From positions 5,476 to 69,475 of IMG/VR virus record IMGVR_UViG_3300023242_000006: DNA of 64,000 nt; one strand, 5' to 3'. The notes beneath the pieces are model-generated. The model worked only from the letters and a program-made list of their open reading frames with translations. It had not been told where the DNA came from and made no database searches. This DNA comes from a virus. Positions 30,434 through 39,849 of the stretch are shown here, one piece after another. Position 1 is the stretch's first letter; the number at the start of each line of letters is the position of its first letter. The translations under genes and the position numbers were made by a program.

Positions 30434-30877
30434 TTAATCAGTGTTTCTTTCTAAGTCTCTTTTTAAGTCTTTTTCTTTGATGGAGTGTTTTTTATCATAT
30501 AAGTGTTTACCTTTACCCAAACCAATGTTAACCTTGATAAACCCAGTGTTTGATACTATAATTTCAATAGGTACAATAGTCAACCCCTTTTGCGATAAAC
30601 TTTTATCTAACTTAAAGATTTCTTTTTTCTTCATAAGAAGCTTTCTATCTCTTAGCGGTAAATGATTGTTATGTTTACCACCTTCTTTGTGTTCAGCAAC
30701 GTGCATACCTTTAATAAACAACTCACCATTGGAGATGTAACAATAAGCCTCAACAATAGAAGCCTTACCATTCCTAATAGACTTAACCTCAGACCCAACC
30801 AAGACGATTCCCGATACAAAAGTTTCGATAATCTCATACTCAAATCTCGCTTTGCGATTAGTTAAAATAACTTTCAT
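30434..30877 (-). CDS. smpB: SsrA-binding protein SmpB
   Basis: MKVILTNRKARFEYEIIETFVSGIVLVGSEVKSIRNGKASIVEAYCYI is the canonical SmpB N-terminus. Start trimmed so that the promoter motif at 30886-30895 lies upstream. Confidence 0.8.
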   Translation of the reverse strand: MKVILTNRKARFEYEIIETFVSGIVLVGSEVKSIRNGKASIVEAYCYISNGELFIKGMHVAEHKEGGKHNNHLPLRDRKLLMKKKEIFKLDKSLSQKGLTIVPIEIIVSNTGFIKVNIGLGKGKHLYDKKHSIKEKDLKRDLERNTD

Positions 30878-30954
30878 AATATACAAAGGTACTAAATAAT
30901 TTCTAATTATACAATTTATTTACTTATTTAATTTTTATAACTATATTTATATTT

Positions 30955-31083
30955 ATGAAAACAGATACAACTAAACTCAACATCACCCTTCCAACAGAGT
31001 TAATTAAAAAAGTAAAAGAAGGTAATTATAACCGTACTCAGTTATTAGTTAGTCTTTTAAAAAATTATATTAACAAAAAGTAA
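30955..31083 (+). CDS. Ribbon-helix-helix (CopG/Arc-like) small protein
   Basis: MKTDTTKLNITLPTELIKKVKEG... Short basic protein. Confidence 0.4.
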   Translation: MKTDTTKLNITLPTELIKKVKEGNYNRTQLLVSLLKNYINKK

Positions 31084-31159
31084 AATAATTAAATTATTTT
31101 ACGGTTTTTTCACCGTTTTCATTGTTTCATGATATTTATATGTATACAAACAAAATATT

Positions 31160-31318
31160 ATGAAAAAAGACAAATTATCACCAAAAGAGAGAAAACAAAC
31201 CATAAGTATCCAGATTCCTAATGAATTAATAATTCATTTAGATGTAATTAATAATAAGAGTAAATTCTTCGAATGGTTATTAATTGAACATTTTAACACT
31301 TTAAAAAATGGAAAATAA
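31160..31318 (+). CDS. Ribbon-helix-helix-like small protein; overlaps the start of the downstream endonuclease gene
   Basis: ..KQTISIQIPNELIIHLD.. Its stop overlaps the ATG at 31308. Confidence 0.4.
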   Translation: MKKDKLSPKERKQTISIQIPNELIIHLDVINNKSKFFEWLLIEHFNTLKNGK

Positions 31319-32258
31319 AACTGAAAATTTTATTTCAAAAGCTAAATTAATACATGGTGATAAATATGATTATTCAAAAGTTAACTATATTAATAAAAGA
31401 ACTAACGTTAAAATAATTTGTTCTGAACATGGTGTTTTTGAACAATTAGTACATAACCATTTAAAAGGTAATGGTTGTATTAAATGTTCTGGAAAAGGTT
31501 TAACTAATGAAGAATTTATTAATAAATGTAATATAGTTCATAAAAATAAATTTAATTATTCATTGGTAGATTATAAAAATTGTTATGAAAAAATTAAAAT
31601 AATTTGCCCAATACATGATAAATTTGAACAAACACCAAGTTCTCATATTAGTGGTGTTGGTTGTTGGAAGTGTTTTAATGAGGATAGAACCACATCAAAT
31701 AATGAGTTCATATTAAAAGCCGAAAAAGTTCATAGCGATAAATATAATTATTCTAAAATTATTTATTTAAATAGTAAAGTTAATATCACAATTATTTGTC
31801 CAATACATGGTGACTTTGAACAAACACCTAATATGCATTTAAAAGGTTGTGGTTGCCGTAAATGTGGTTATATAACGGTGTCTAAAAAAGCAATTAATAA
31901 TTCACATAGTTTTTCACTATCAAGTTGGAAAAATATTATATCTAAAAACATAAAGGCTAAACCAATGTTATATATTATTAAATGTTATAATGATACTGAA
32001 GAATTCATTAAAATAGGTATAACAATAAACAACTTAAAAGGAAGATACCCTAGTAATAAACATATGCCTTATAAATATGATATAATATTAACACATGAAG
32101 CTGAACCAGAATTAGTGTTTAACATAGAAAAAGCGTTACACAGGTATTTTAAAAAAATTAAATACACCCCGACTATAAAATTCCATGGTATGGGTGAGTG
32201 TTATTATATAAAAGATAAACCAGAAATTTTAAACTATTGTAATAAACAATTAAATTAA
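31308..32258 (+). CDS. Putative homing endonuclease: three zinc-ribbon repeats plus a C-terminal T5orf172 (GIY-YIG-like) domain
   Basis: The repeat [10 protein letters not shown]..IICxxHGxFEQxPxxHLKGxGCxKC occurs three times. C-terminus [18 protein letters not shown].......YDIIL.HEA....[11 protein letters not shown]. It sits on the plus strand, opposite to all its neighbours. Confidence 0.6.
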   Translation: MENKTENFISKAKLIHGDKYDYSKVNYINKRTNVKIICSEHGVFEQLVHNHLKGNGCIKCSGKGLTNEEFINKCNIVHKNKFNYSLVDYKNCYEKIKIICPIHDKFEQTPSSHISGVGCWKCFNEDRTTSNNEFILKAEKVHSDKYNYSKIIYLNSKVNITIICPIHGDFEQTPNMHLKGCGCRKCGYITVSKKAINNSHSFSLSSWKNIISKNIKAKPMLYIIKCYNDTEEFIKIGITINNLKGRYPSNKHMPYKYDIILTHEAEPELVFNIEKALHRYFKKIKYTPTIKFHGMGECYYIKDKPEILNYCNKQLN

Positions 32259-32397
32259 TTTTCTTTAACTTCTGAACCCTGTAATTGAATACCAGCAGTA
32301 TATTTTTCTAGAATGAAATATTCAAAATATGCTTTCTTGTTAGAACAAATTTTATTCATTTTTTATGTGTTTTTAAATATAAAAGGTATTTAAATAG

Positions 32398-32471
32398 TGT
32401 CCACAACAGGAGTCGAACCTGTGACCTATCCCACATTGGGGGAGTGCTCTAACCAACTGAGCTATGTGGAC
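32398..32471 (-). tRNA. tRNA (74 nt) with textbook acceptor, D and T arms, and an anticodon loop CCAATGT that lacks U33
   Basis: Minus strand GTCCACA-TA-GCTCAGTTGGTTAGAGC-A-CTCCC-CCAATGT-GGGAT-AGGTC-ACAGGTTCGACTCCTGT-TGTGGAC-A. The anticodon would formally be AAU, so the identity is unresolved. Confidence 0.7.
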
Positions 32472-32521
32472 TAATTGGAGGCGTTGCTTTTACGGTTCGT
32501 TTCTCCATTATAAAAACTATT

Positions 32522-33337
32522 TTACTCTAAGTTCTTCAAAAGCACTGGTGCACCTACACCAAAATAATTATTTTGACCATAAATAGACTTTCCATGTTTT
32601 TTAAAGCCTTCTGCAATAATCCTTTCATTCTCTACACGTTGTAGTTCCAACATTTTAGGTTGAGATAGAATATCTTTAGTTTTCGCATCGTAGAGAGCAG
32701 ATTCAAAATCTCCTTTTGATTTAGCAATTCTTGCTGCCGCTAAATTCTTTTGCTCTTCCTCTTTTTTTGAAGCCAACTCATTCTTCCCTATTTGTACTGC
32801 TGTTTCCGTAGCTAGTTTAGATACTTCTAGTGGAATGTCCACATCAGTAATTCTCACACGCTTAAACTCCACAAAAAATTCTGGCAACTCTTGTTGTAAT
32901 ATCTTACTTAGCGCTTTTTCGGCCACACCTCTTTGGTGTCTGTTCAAGTCTGTTGCTGAATATTGTGGCACAACTTCTTTGGCTGCGGAAGATAAAGAAC
33001 TCTCAATTTTTATATTTACATCGTTTATCTTTGTGTGTAAATGTTGTAATTGGTTCGGATTCAGATTATAGTCTAAAGATAATTGAACTTTAGTTACCAT
33101 GTCGTTTTTATCATTAAACTCAAAAACCTTCACAATAGTATGCTCCCTAACATCATACTCGACCATCTCATCCCAAACCCAATGGAAACCTCCATTCATC
33201 CCCTCTGGGTAAATTTTATTCATGTTGGTCTCTCCACCCCAACTAACCTCGACTCCTTTATGTCCCGAATCGACAGTTGTACAACCTATTAACAACAATA
33301 ATGTTAATACACCTAATAAACCTAAAAATTTCTTCAT
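32522..33337 (-). CDS. SPFH/band-7 (prohibitin/HflC-like) lipoprotein
   Basis: Lipobox LLLIGCTT, then GHKGVEVSWGG..YD.R and a long coiled C-terminal region typical of SPFH. Confidence 0.6.
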   Translation of the reverse strand: MKKFLGLLGVLTLLLLIGCTTVDSGHKGVEVSWGGETNMNKIYPEGMNGGFHWVWDEMVEYDVREHTIVKVFEFNDKNDMVTKVQLSLDYNLNPNQLQHLHTKINDVNIKIESSLSSAAKEVVPQYSATDLNRHQRGVAEKALSKILQQELPEFFVEFKRVRITDVDIPLEVSKLATETAVQIGKNELASKKEEEQKNLAAARIAKSKGDFESALYDAKTKDILSQPKMLELQRVENERIIAEGFKKHGKSIYGQNNYFGVGAPVLLKNLE

Positions 33338-34073
33338 TTTACTTTTGTTTTGTTAATTTGTAAAAAAAATAATCTAATAATTTCCACATTAACGCAAGTG
33401 GTACGAAAATTGGCCATGTAATTGTAATCCCTACAATCTTCCAGAACGCCTGTGTATAAACCAAATCATCATAGCTGTCTCTACTCTCCATCTCACGAGA
33501 ATACTTTTTGTAAGAGAAATAGAACGCTAAAAACGTTGCGAATAAATAAATAAAAATCATACTAATCTTTTTTTCTTGTTCTTTTAATAAATACGTATGT
33601 CAACCAAAAGACATATACAACGGCAACGATTGCCAATAACCCTAATGCTCCTTTCATAATTTTGTTTTTGAGTTTTATAAAGGTCGCTCAAACCTATCTA
33701 ATTTTATTTTATAAAGGTAATACTAATTTTATTGTCACCCTAATTTTTTAGCTAAAAAAGAATAAAAATAGAATTTTATCAAGACATTATATATTATGCT
33801 ACCACGTATAAGTTAGGTTCACTATATAAAACTCTGTTTATTCTTTTAATTAAAATATTTCAGGTAACGGCATCCAAGCTATGACTTCATCATTAATAAA
33901 GTAGCCATCATCTGAAGACCACTCTTCAAAATCACTTCCGTCCATAAAACCTATATAACATACACCTATTTTAATATCCTTACCTTTGGTTAATACTAAC
34001 AACCTATCTGTTTTTTTCCCATCCCAATTACCTGTTTCCCAAGCGTTTGGTTTACCTCTGTTCCATCCCATAA

Positions 34074-34370
34074 TTATTTTCTTTTAATTGTTTTTCCATC
34101 TTTATTGTTGTTTTGTTTTAATACTTTTTTGTTTTTCTTTGGCCACATACCTTCACAGTTACTTCGTTCATCCCAACACCATCTAAGTGTTCTAGCAACA
34201 ACCACATTGGTTGAATGTACATCACAACCCGATTCCAATAGCTTGGCAAACTCTCTTGTTGCTCGTCTATCCATCTTATGAGTAACTGCCACCATAACGG
34301 CACCATCACATTTAGAACATGTAGCTACTTGAACCTTGACTTTACTTAAGTATTCTTCTTGATTTTCCAT
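34074..34370 (-). CDS. Hypothetical Cys-containing protein
   Basis: ORF of 98 aa. The promoter motif lies 2 nt upstream (34373-34382). Confidence 0.45.
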   Translation of the reverse strand: MENQEEYLSKVKVQVATCSKCDGAVMVAVTHKMDRRATREFAKLLESGCDVHSTNVVVARTLRWCWDERSNCEGMWPKKNKKVLKQNNNKDGKTIKRK

Positions 34371-34412
34371 GATACAAAGGTAGATATAAATTACTTTATA
34401 TCCTAATAAAAA

Positions 34413-35108
34413 TTAAAGTTTTTTTGCCGTGGGTATTAAATCGTTGATTTCTAGGTATTCACCAGTAGTACCAATTGTGTCAATACCAATAATATTATTG
34501 TTAATGGTTAGTTTTTTTAATGTAGAATGACCTACAACACAGGTAACCCCATCAATCATATCTTTATATAGAGATGGTATTCTAACCCATATAGGTGTTT
34601 GAGTAATATCATTACCAGATTGGTCAAAATTGTCACCCATAGTGAATCTAAAAGCGGATTTATTGTTAACAAATAATTGATTAATAGAATTTTCTAAATC
34701 GTTTAAGTTAATATCATAGAAACCAGCCCATGTTTTTGTCACACCAGCATGTGTAAACACATATTTGTCATAGACAAAACACATTTGAACCAGTCCATAG
34801 GTAACTGCTGGCTCTAATATTTCATTGATATCTGTGAATTTAAAAGGGTTAAACCCAGAATATTTTTCTTGGACATCTTTTAAGTAATGAAAATCATGGT
34901 TTCCTAGTAGTAAAACTACTTGGTCCATGTTATTTTTCTTAAATTCTAATAATTCTTTGAAGTTTTCTATCTGTTGGTCGACAGTAATATCGTAATGGGT
35001 ATCAAAATAGTCACCGATGAATATAATTTTGTCAACATCTTTCTCTTTTGCTACTATTTCTTTCCATAATACTCTTCCATGAGTATCACCTAGTGCTATA
35101 ATTCTCAT
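34413..35108 (-). CDS. Ser/Thr phosphatase-like metallophosphoesterase (PP-lambda/ApaH family)
   Basis: GDTHG..., IFIGDYFD, GNHD motifs. Confidence 0.75.
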   Translation of the reverse strand: MRIIALGDTHGRVLWKEIVAKEKDVDKIIFIGDYFDTHYDITVDQQIENFKELLEFKKNNMDQVVLLLGNHDFHYLKDVQEKYSGFNPFKFTDINEILEPAVTYGLVQMCFVYDKYVFTHAGVTKTWAGFYDINLNDLENSINQLFVNNKSAFRFTMGDNFDQSGNDITQTPIWVRIPSLYKDMIDGVTCVVGHSTLKKLTINNNIIGIDTIGTTGEYLEINDLIPTAKKL

Positions 35109-35123
35109 AATTTTACTAATTAG

Positions 35124-35225
35124 TGGTACATCGTATAGGAATCGAACCTATGTTACCGCAAGCGATTGGTACTTAATCTTCCGATGTGCTCTCATTTCGG
35201 CATTCTACCATTAAACTAACGATAT
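35124..35225 (-). tRNA. tRNA-like element A (encodes CCA; good T-arm; about 98 nt if the distal 5' acceptor strand is used, or a 60-nt minimal form)
   Basis: 3' end ..ATAGGTTCGATTCCTAT-ACGATGT-ACCA. Complementary 5' strands are ACATCGG at 35181-35187 or ATATCGT at 35219-35225. Confidence 0.45.
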
Positions 35226-35336
35226 GTTTGGTTATATTATATGGTGGTCTATCACCACAATGTTTTCAATAGTACTGTTTTATGTGTGCCTCACGTGATT
35301 ACTCACATCAATGTCGCTTTAATAATATAACCTAGA

Positions 35337-35408
35337 AACTCATACTGGATTCGAACCAGCGTCTGCGGGCTCAACGCCCACCATAGTGTCCACTCTACCA
35401 ATGAATCA
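35337..35408 (-). tRNA. tRNA (72 nt) with anticodon loop CGTTGAG (formally UUG, Gln-like, but G at position 33)
   Basis: GATTCAT-TG-GTAGAGTGGACACTAT-G-GTGGG-CGTTGAG-CCCGC-AGAC-GCTGGTTCGAATCCAGT-ATGAGTT-T. Confidence 0.55.
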
Positions 35409-35505
35409 ACTATCACTATGTCGCTCGGCAAAGTTAAACGTGATAGAAAGGATTATAACCGTCTGAAAGTTTGCCGACCTTCATGTTGCTATTCCCCAAT
35501 TTTGT

Positions 35506-35603
35506 GCGAGAGGGTGGACTCGAACCACCGACACCCAGTCCCTAGTTGTTCCCTTGTACTTCGGGCTAAAGACCTTAGCGTTTACCACTTCGCCACTCTC
35601 GCA
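35506..35603 (-). tRNA. tRNA-like element C (98 nt): perfect 7-bp acceptor stem GCGAGAG/CTCTCGC, 3-bp D-stem, good T-arm, but no canonical anticodon stem
   Basis: GCGAGAG-TG-GCGAAGTGGTAAACGC-...48 nt...-GGTGGTTCGAGTCCACC-CTCTCGC-A. Confidence 0.45.
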
Positions 35604-35931
35604 AATTACTAGTCTTTCCTAGTTGTCAGAGGTTTTCCCTTCTACCATCGGTTCTGGCACACATCACCGAAAACAAGCTTTGCCTTTGTAAACTTCGTCA
35701 CCGTAAAACTCTCTGGCCCCTCTTATTTGATGTTCTTGGTCAGTTAAGTATCTCAAAGCGCTAAGCTTTTTAACTAACCAAAAACCCACAAGAGATGTTT
35801 CGTTCAAATCCAGACCATCATGTTTCTACTGACTAATAACCTCACACTGAAAGCGTACCCCGTGTTATTGGTTTTCGACAAGAGGAAATAAGATACAAAT
35901 CTCCCCACTCTGCTGTTGATTTGTGGTTGGG

Positions 35932-36020
35932 AAAGGACTCGAACCTCTCTGTAGGGTGCTACCCGTGCCAACACCTTCCATCGGAATCGAACCGACCTTC
36001 TCCAAGCCAACCAAATTGAC
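35932..36020 (-). tRNA. tRNA-like element D (about 89 nt) containing two T-arm-like hairpins (GGTCGGTTCGATTCCGA and AGAGGTTCGAGTCCTTT)
   Basis: Acceptor GGTTGGC/CCCAACC with one mismatch. Confidence 0.35.
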
Positions 36021-36344
36021 TTTACTTTACAAAGTCTAAGTAGGTTTAGTTGCAGACTTTCAAAACCTATACGTCTATAGGTCTCCTTCTTCTGAGTGCT
36101 TCTTTTCACAGAGTTTACCTCTATTGGTATGTTATCCCAGTTTTCAACACAAAACCAATGTGTTAGCAATCGTGGGGAGAACGGGATTCGGACCCGCAAT
36201 CTCTAGGTTATGCCCCCAGCGAATAATTTTCTTTCTAAATGTTAGTAACCACCTCTTCAAGTTGTACACCTATCCGATTTTAATCTAACACGTTAAACAA
36301 AAGAAACTCCAATCATTCTTCCTCCCTAACGGTTTTTGTAGACA

Positions 36345-36445
36345 AGACTGAATTTGAATCAGTACCGCCAAGCTAGCCACGCTCGGATTGGGTGTTTAAT
36401 GAGATTTGCCCACACCTCCAGCCATTATTGTGTCTACTGATTTAA
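36345..36445 (-). tRNA. tRNA-like element G (101 nt): perfect acceptor GTAGACA/TGTCTAC, T-arm ACTGATTCAAATTCAGT
   Basis: Direct reading. The internal domain does not fold as a standard anticodon arm. Confidence 0.4.
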
Positions 36446-36992
36446 GATTCTCCTAGAACCACCGCTCCTACGAAGCCAGCTCAGTTTTTCCACCACTTGT
36501 CTAATATTTGCCATCTTCACAACACGATGAGTAGCGTACATGCACGAGGATATTTCACCTCTTTAGGAACTCGTACTCCCTACTATTTTCGGTCTAGCCG
36601 ACCAGCGCTACCTCTAATCAACAAACGCCATTTGTGTTTGACTATAGTGTCTGAACATACCAAGTTCATAAGTTTTGATTACATCTAAGCCGCTAAGCCT
36701 AATATCACGCACCAGACCTTACTGGTATCAGTGTGGTTAACACTACTTGTTGACTTTGAACAAATATTTTAATAAATCACATATCACCAAGAATGTATAA
36801 GTTATATAAGCCCAAACCCTCATACACCGCCTAGCTTAACACCCTTATAAAACTTTGCTCAAATTACCTTATGAGACTTACATTCTTTCTACAGTTAAGT
36901 TTACAACTTATCTTACTTAACAAACATAACACCTCTTGTAGTATTGTAACTAACTTATTACTTGTTTGTCTTTCTATATGTGATTAATATGA
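36446..36992 (-). ncRNA. Roughly 550-nt noncoding leader between the promoter motif at 36993-37002 and tRNA-like element G; no ORF
   Basis: The promoter motif is followed by no minus-strand ORF. The track ORF 36497..36688 (+) looks spurious. GC content is moderately raised. Confidence 0.35.
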
Positions 36993-37055
36993 TACAAAGG
37001 TACTAACTCTTTTTTAAAAATGCAAGTATTTTGTATCATTTTTTTTGTTTTTTAT

Positions 37056-37283
37056 TTAACACCTTAAAACTGAACCATCACTGTCCCTCATAGGAAATTG
37101 TGGTTTATGAATTTCATTTAATTCAGCTTGATGTTCTGGACCACCCATGCTTGGGTCAATCTCATGCTTAAACACAAGGTTCAAGTGTTTTTTAATCATA
37201 TCGGTTTCTTTGCTACCGATAGTAATTGGGTTAGCTACTTCAAAGAAACCTTGAAGCCAAAATGCGAAGTCTCTACTAGTCAT
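37056..37283 (-). CDS. Hypothetical protein
   Basis: ORF of 75 aa. Confidence 0.4.
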   Translation of the reverse strand: MTSRDFAFWLQGFFEVANPITIGSKETDMIKKHLNLVFKHEIDPSMGGPEHQAELNEIHKPQFPMRDSDGSVLRC

Positions 37284-37293
37284 ATTTATTTAT

Positions 37294-37590
37294 TTATTTA
37301 TTTAAGTAATCTACTAATTCTTGTAATTTGTTCGCATCTTTTGGGTTAAAGATAAATTCATCAAATGCACCATAGTTGCATTTATACCCAAAAATATATT
37401 TGATTCCGTATTTAACTCTTTCCCAAAATGGTTTTTTGTTTAAATGAATATGGAAATAACACATTGGATATTTGCTACCATTATCTAATTCATCTTCACT
37501 ATAAAGAATTATAAGTTGATGGTCGGTTGAGTGACACTCACAGATTAATATTTCTTTTTCATCTGTTGTTTTTTTATTACTCATATTCAA
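37294..37590 (-). CDS. Hypothetical Cys/His-containing protein
   Basis: ORF of 98 aa. Confidence 0.4.
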   Translation of the reverse strand: MNMSNKKTTDEKEILICECHSTDHQLIILYSEDELDNGSKYPMCYFHIHLNKKPFWERVKYGIKYIFGYKCNYGAFDEFIFNPKDANKLQELVDYLNK

Positions 37591-37909
37591 CTTTGTTTTT
37601 TGTTGTCAATATAAACACTTGCGTTTGTTCCCAATCACCAGTATTTCCCATCACATAGGTGTAACCATCTTTATCACCCATGAAGAAATCTTCACCTTTG
37701 GCTCCCATAGATGAAATGTCATAACCATAATAGTTATCTTCTAAATCTTCATCATCAACTTGAAGATGGAGTTCATCATCATTTACCAACCATTTTTTGT
37801 CGATGAAATCCAAGTTAATTGGGCTATCATCACAATGACCCATAATAGTTTCTAATTCAACTATAATAGCATCTCGTTCAATAATGTGTTTTTTAATTCT
37901 ATCAATCAT
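37577..37909 (-). CDS. Hypothetical acidic protein
   Basis: ORF of 110 aa. Confidence 0.45.
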   Translation of the reverse strand: MIDRIKKHIIERDAIIVELETIMGHCDDSPINLDFIDKKWLVNDDELHLQVDDEDLEDNYYGYDISSMGAKGEDFFMGDKDGYTYVMGNTGDWEQTQVFILTTKNKVEYE

Positions 37910-37910
37910 A

Positions 37911-38561
37911 TTATTTTGTTATTTCAATTTCATGTGGTAAATTACTCATTACATATCTAGCATTCAAAACGCTAGCGTTCAAAAATACACCCCCATCTGG
38001 AAAATCAACTCTTCCATAAGCTTCGTGTATGTGTCCATGAACAAACAACTTTAAATTTGTTAGTTCAGATATCTTCTCCAATAAATAAGGACATCCAGTT
38101 ACGTCACCCTTTAGTGTCAAATCCAAATATCCTTTGGCTGCACCATGTGTGATTAGTATATCAGTATCTAATGGTATCAAATCCCAATGTGGGCATATTT
38201 CAGTTCCTTTTCGGTTGAAAGCCCATGAATAGAACCAAGGTTGTACTGGACTTCCCCAAATCTTTAACCCTTCAATCTCAACACCACTATCATTCAAGTA
38301 GGTAATGTTAGGGTATTTTGCTAACATAGCTTCTATCTCATACTCTGGTGCTTGCTCAAAAAAGAAATCGTGGTTACCAGCAATGAAAATCTTGTACTTA
38401 TAAGGTAAATCGTTATACCATGATAGGAAAACTTCTATCTCTTGTCTGGTACCCCTACTAGAAACATCACCCGCATGGATAACACAATCACCACCAGCCA
38501 AATATTTGCTAGGGATGTTATTGTGTTGATTGTGAGAATCAGATAGTGCCGTAATAGTCAT
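37911..38561 (-). CDS. Metallophosphoesterase (YfcE/MJ0936-like)
   Basis: SDSHN, GD, GNHD, GHIH motifs. Confidence 0.7.
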   Translation of the reverse strand: MTITALSDSHNQHNNIPSKYLAGGDCVIHAGDVSSRGTRQEIEVFLSWYNDLPYKYKIFIAGNHDFFFEQAPEYEIEAMLAKYPNITYLNDSGVEIEGLKIWGSPVQPWFYSWAFNRKGTEICPHWDLIPLDTDILITHGAAKGYLDLTLKGDVTGCPYLLEKISELTNLKLFVHGHIHEAYGRVDFPDGGVFLNASVLNARYVMSNLPHEIEITK

Positions 38562-38568
38562 GTTTCTT

Positions 38569-38928
38569 TTATTTTATAATTTCAATTTTAACAGTTATTA
38601 CACCAGTCTTATGGCTACCAATATTACCAAAAGTTTTATAACTTAAATCAATTATCATTGGTCTTTTATCCCCCATTCTATCGGTAATAGTTGTCACTGT
38701 TTGTTTATTGTTTTGAGTGTTGGTAATTAACAATTTAGTACCCATGGGTAAGGCGTTGTAAGCGCATGTGGCTGAATCTCGGTGCATCCTAACACCAGAA
38801 GCACTTATTCTTCCATGCATGTCATACCATGTCGCTTTGACAAAAGTATTTTTTGTAGTTTTTGTAAATGATGTTAATACGATAAAACCTAGGACTATTA
38901 ACATCAAAATTGTTTTCAAATTTTTCAT
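38569..38928 (-). CDS. Secreted RlpA-like / 3D-domain (double-psi beta-barrel) protein
   Basis: Signal peptide, then ATWYDMHGRISASG...DSATCAYNALPMGTKLLITN..N.K.V...ITDRMG......IDLSYKTFGNIG. Start trimmed to MKNLKT. Confidence 0.55.
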   Translation of the reverse strand: MKNLKTILMLIVLGFIVLTSFTKTTKNTFVKATWYDMHGRISASGVRMHRDSATCAYNALPMGTKLLITNTQNNKQTVTTITDRMGDKRPMIIDLSYKTFGNIGSHKTGVITVKIEIIK

Positions 38929-38992
38929 ATTTTTCGTATTTGTTATACAAAGGTACGAAATAAAATTCAATAAACCAAGCTTTTATGAAAAT

Positions 38993-39802
38993 TTAAAAAT
39001 TTGATGGAAGATTAACAGTCGGAAAACTGTTCCCATAATTGTTTCTCATTAGTGTTCTTTCAGATGCGTCAATCACAGCAGTTTCATACCACTCGTCATA
39101 CATCTTAACAATAAATTTATGGTGATATTCGTTCTCATTCTTGAACTGACTCAATAATTTTTCTCTACTCAAAGGTCCATGACCAATCCAAGTAACAACC
39201 CAATTTCTAGAACCTAAAGTGATAACTAATTGAGTTAAAAAGTCTTTCATCTTATCACCAATAACAGTATTGGCGTACCACTCGTTTAAATGGTCCAAAG
39301 CATATTGATAAATTTTTGGTGTTTCAAAAGTAAGTTTCTCAGAGATTGTTTCTACTAAAGCTTGACTACCAGCTTCAACATGAAAACTTTTTAATATTTT
39401 TTTCAATTGTGAGTCAATCACTGTTTCTTTGTAGTAATCATTGAAATAGTTCTCGATGAACTCACCATTATATAAATCTTTATCATTCCCATGACTAAAT
39501 CTATTAACAGCTTTAAAAAGTAGTTTAACACTACCCTCAGACATATCTAATGTCTCTAAATACTCTGTAAGTTTTTTTGTTAATATACGCTTATGAAAAC
39601 CAAACCATTTATGGAATAATTCAACACTAGTTTCGTTATCGATGGTTATAAAATAGCCAAAGATAGTCTTAAAAGTAACCAAAAATTCATTCGGTGTGGT
39701 ACTGGTATAATTATCTTTTTCAACCACTTTAAAATAAACGTAATCAGTAATTACTCTGTAGTTTTTTTCTAAGAAATCGGTTATTAATTTTTCATCAGTC
39801 AT
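38993..39802 (-). CDS. Hypothetical protein (269 aa)
   Basis: ORF. Confidence 0.5.
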   Translation of the reverse strand: MTDEKLITDFLEKNYRVITDYVYFKVVEKDNYTSTTPNEFLVTFKTIFGYFITIDNETSVELFHKWFGFHKRILTKKLTEYLETLDMSEGSVKLLFKAVNRFSHGNDKDLYNGEFIENYFNDYYKETVIDSQLKKILKSFHVEAGSQALVETISEKLTFETPKIYQYALDHLNEWYANTVIGDKMKDFLTQLVITLGSRNWVVTWIGHGPLSREKLLSQFKNENEYHHKFIVKMYDEWYETAVIDASERTLMRNNYGNSFPTVNLPSNF

Positions 39803-39849
39803 GTTATTAAATTTTTACCAATGTAATTTTTTTTGTATATAAATCAATA

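Noticed and set aside
35418-36688. Track ORFs 35418..35612 (+), 35804..36199 (-) and 36497..36688 (+)
   Set aside because: They lie over the GC-rich structured-RNA (tRNA-like) region. Arg/Cys-rich translations are typical of spurious ORFs through RNA genes.
36680-36700. Possible tmRNA tag reading frame (..VILGLAA*) on the minus strand
   Set aside because: It has a suggestive LAA-stop ending, but I could not find the conserved tmRNA 5' domain (GGGG..UUCGAC) or a matching acceptor pairing at a plausible distance. I left it as a hypothesis only.
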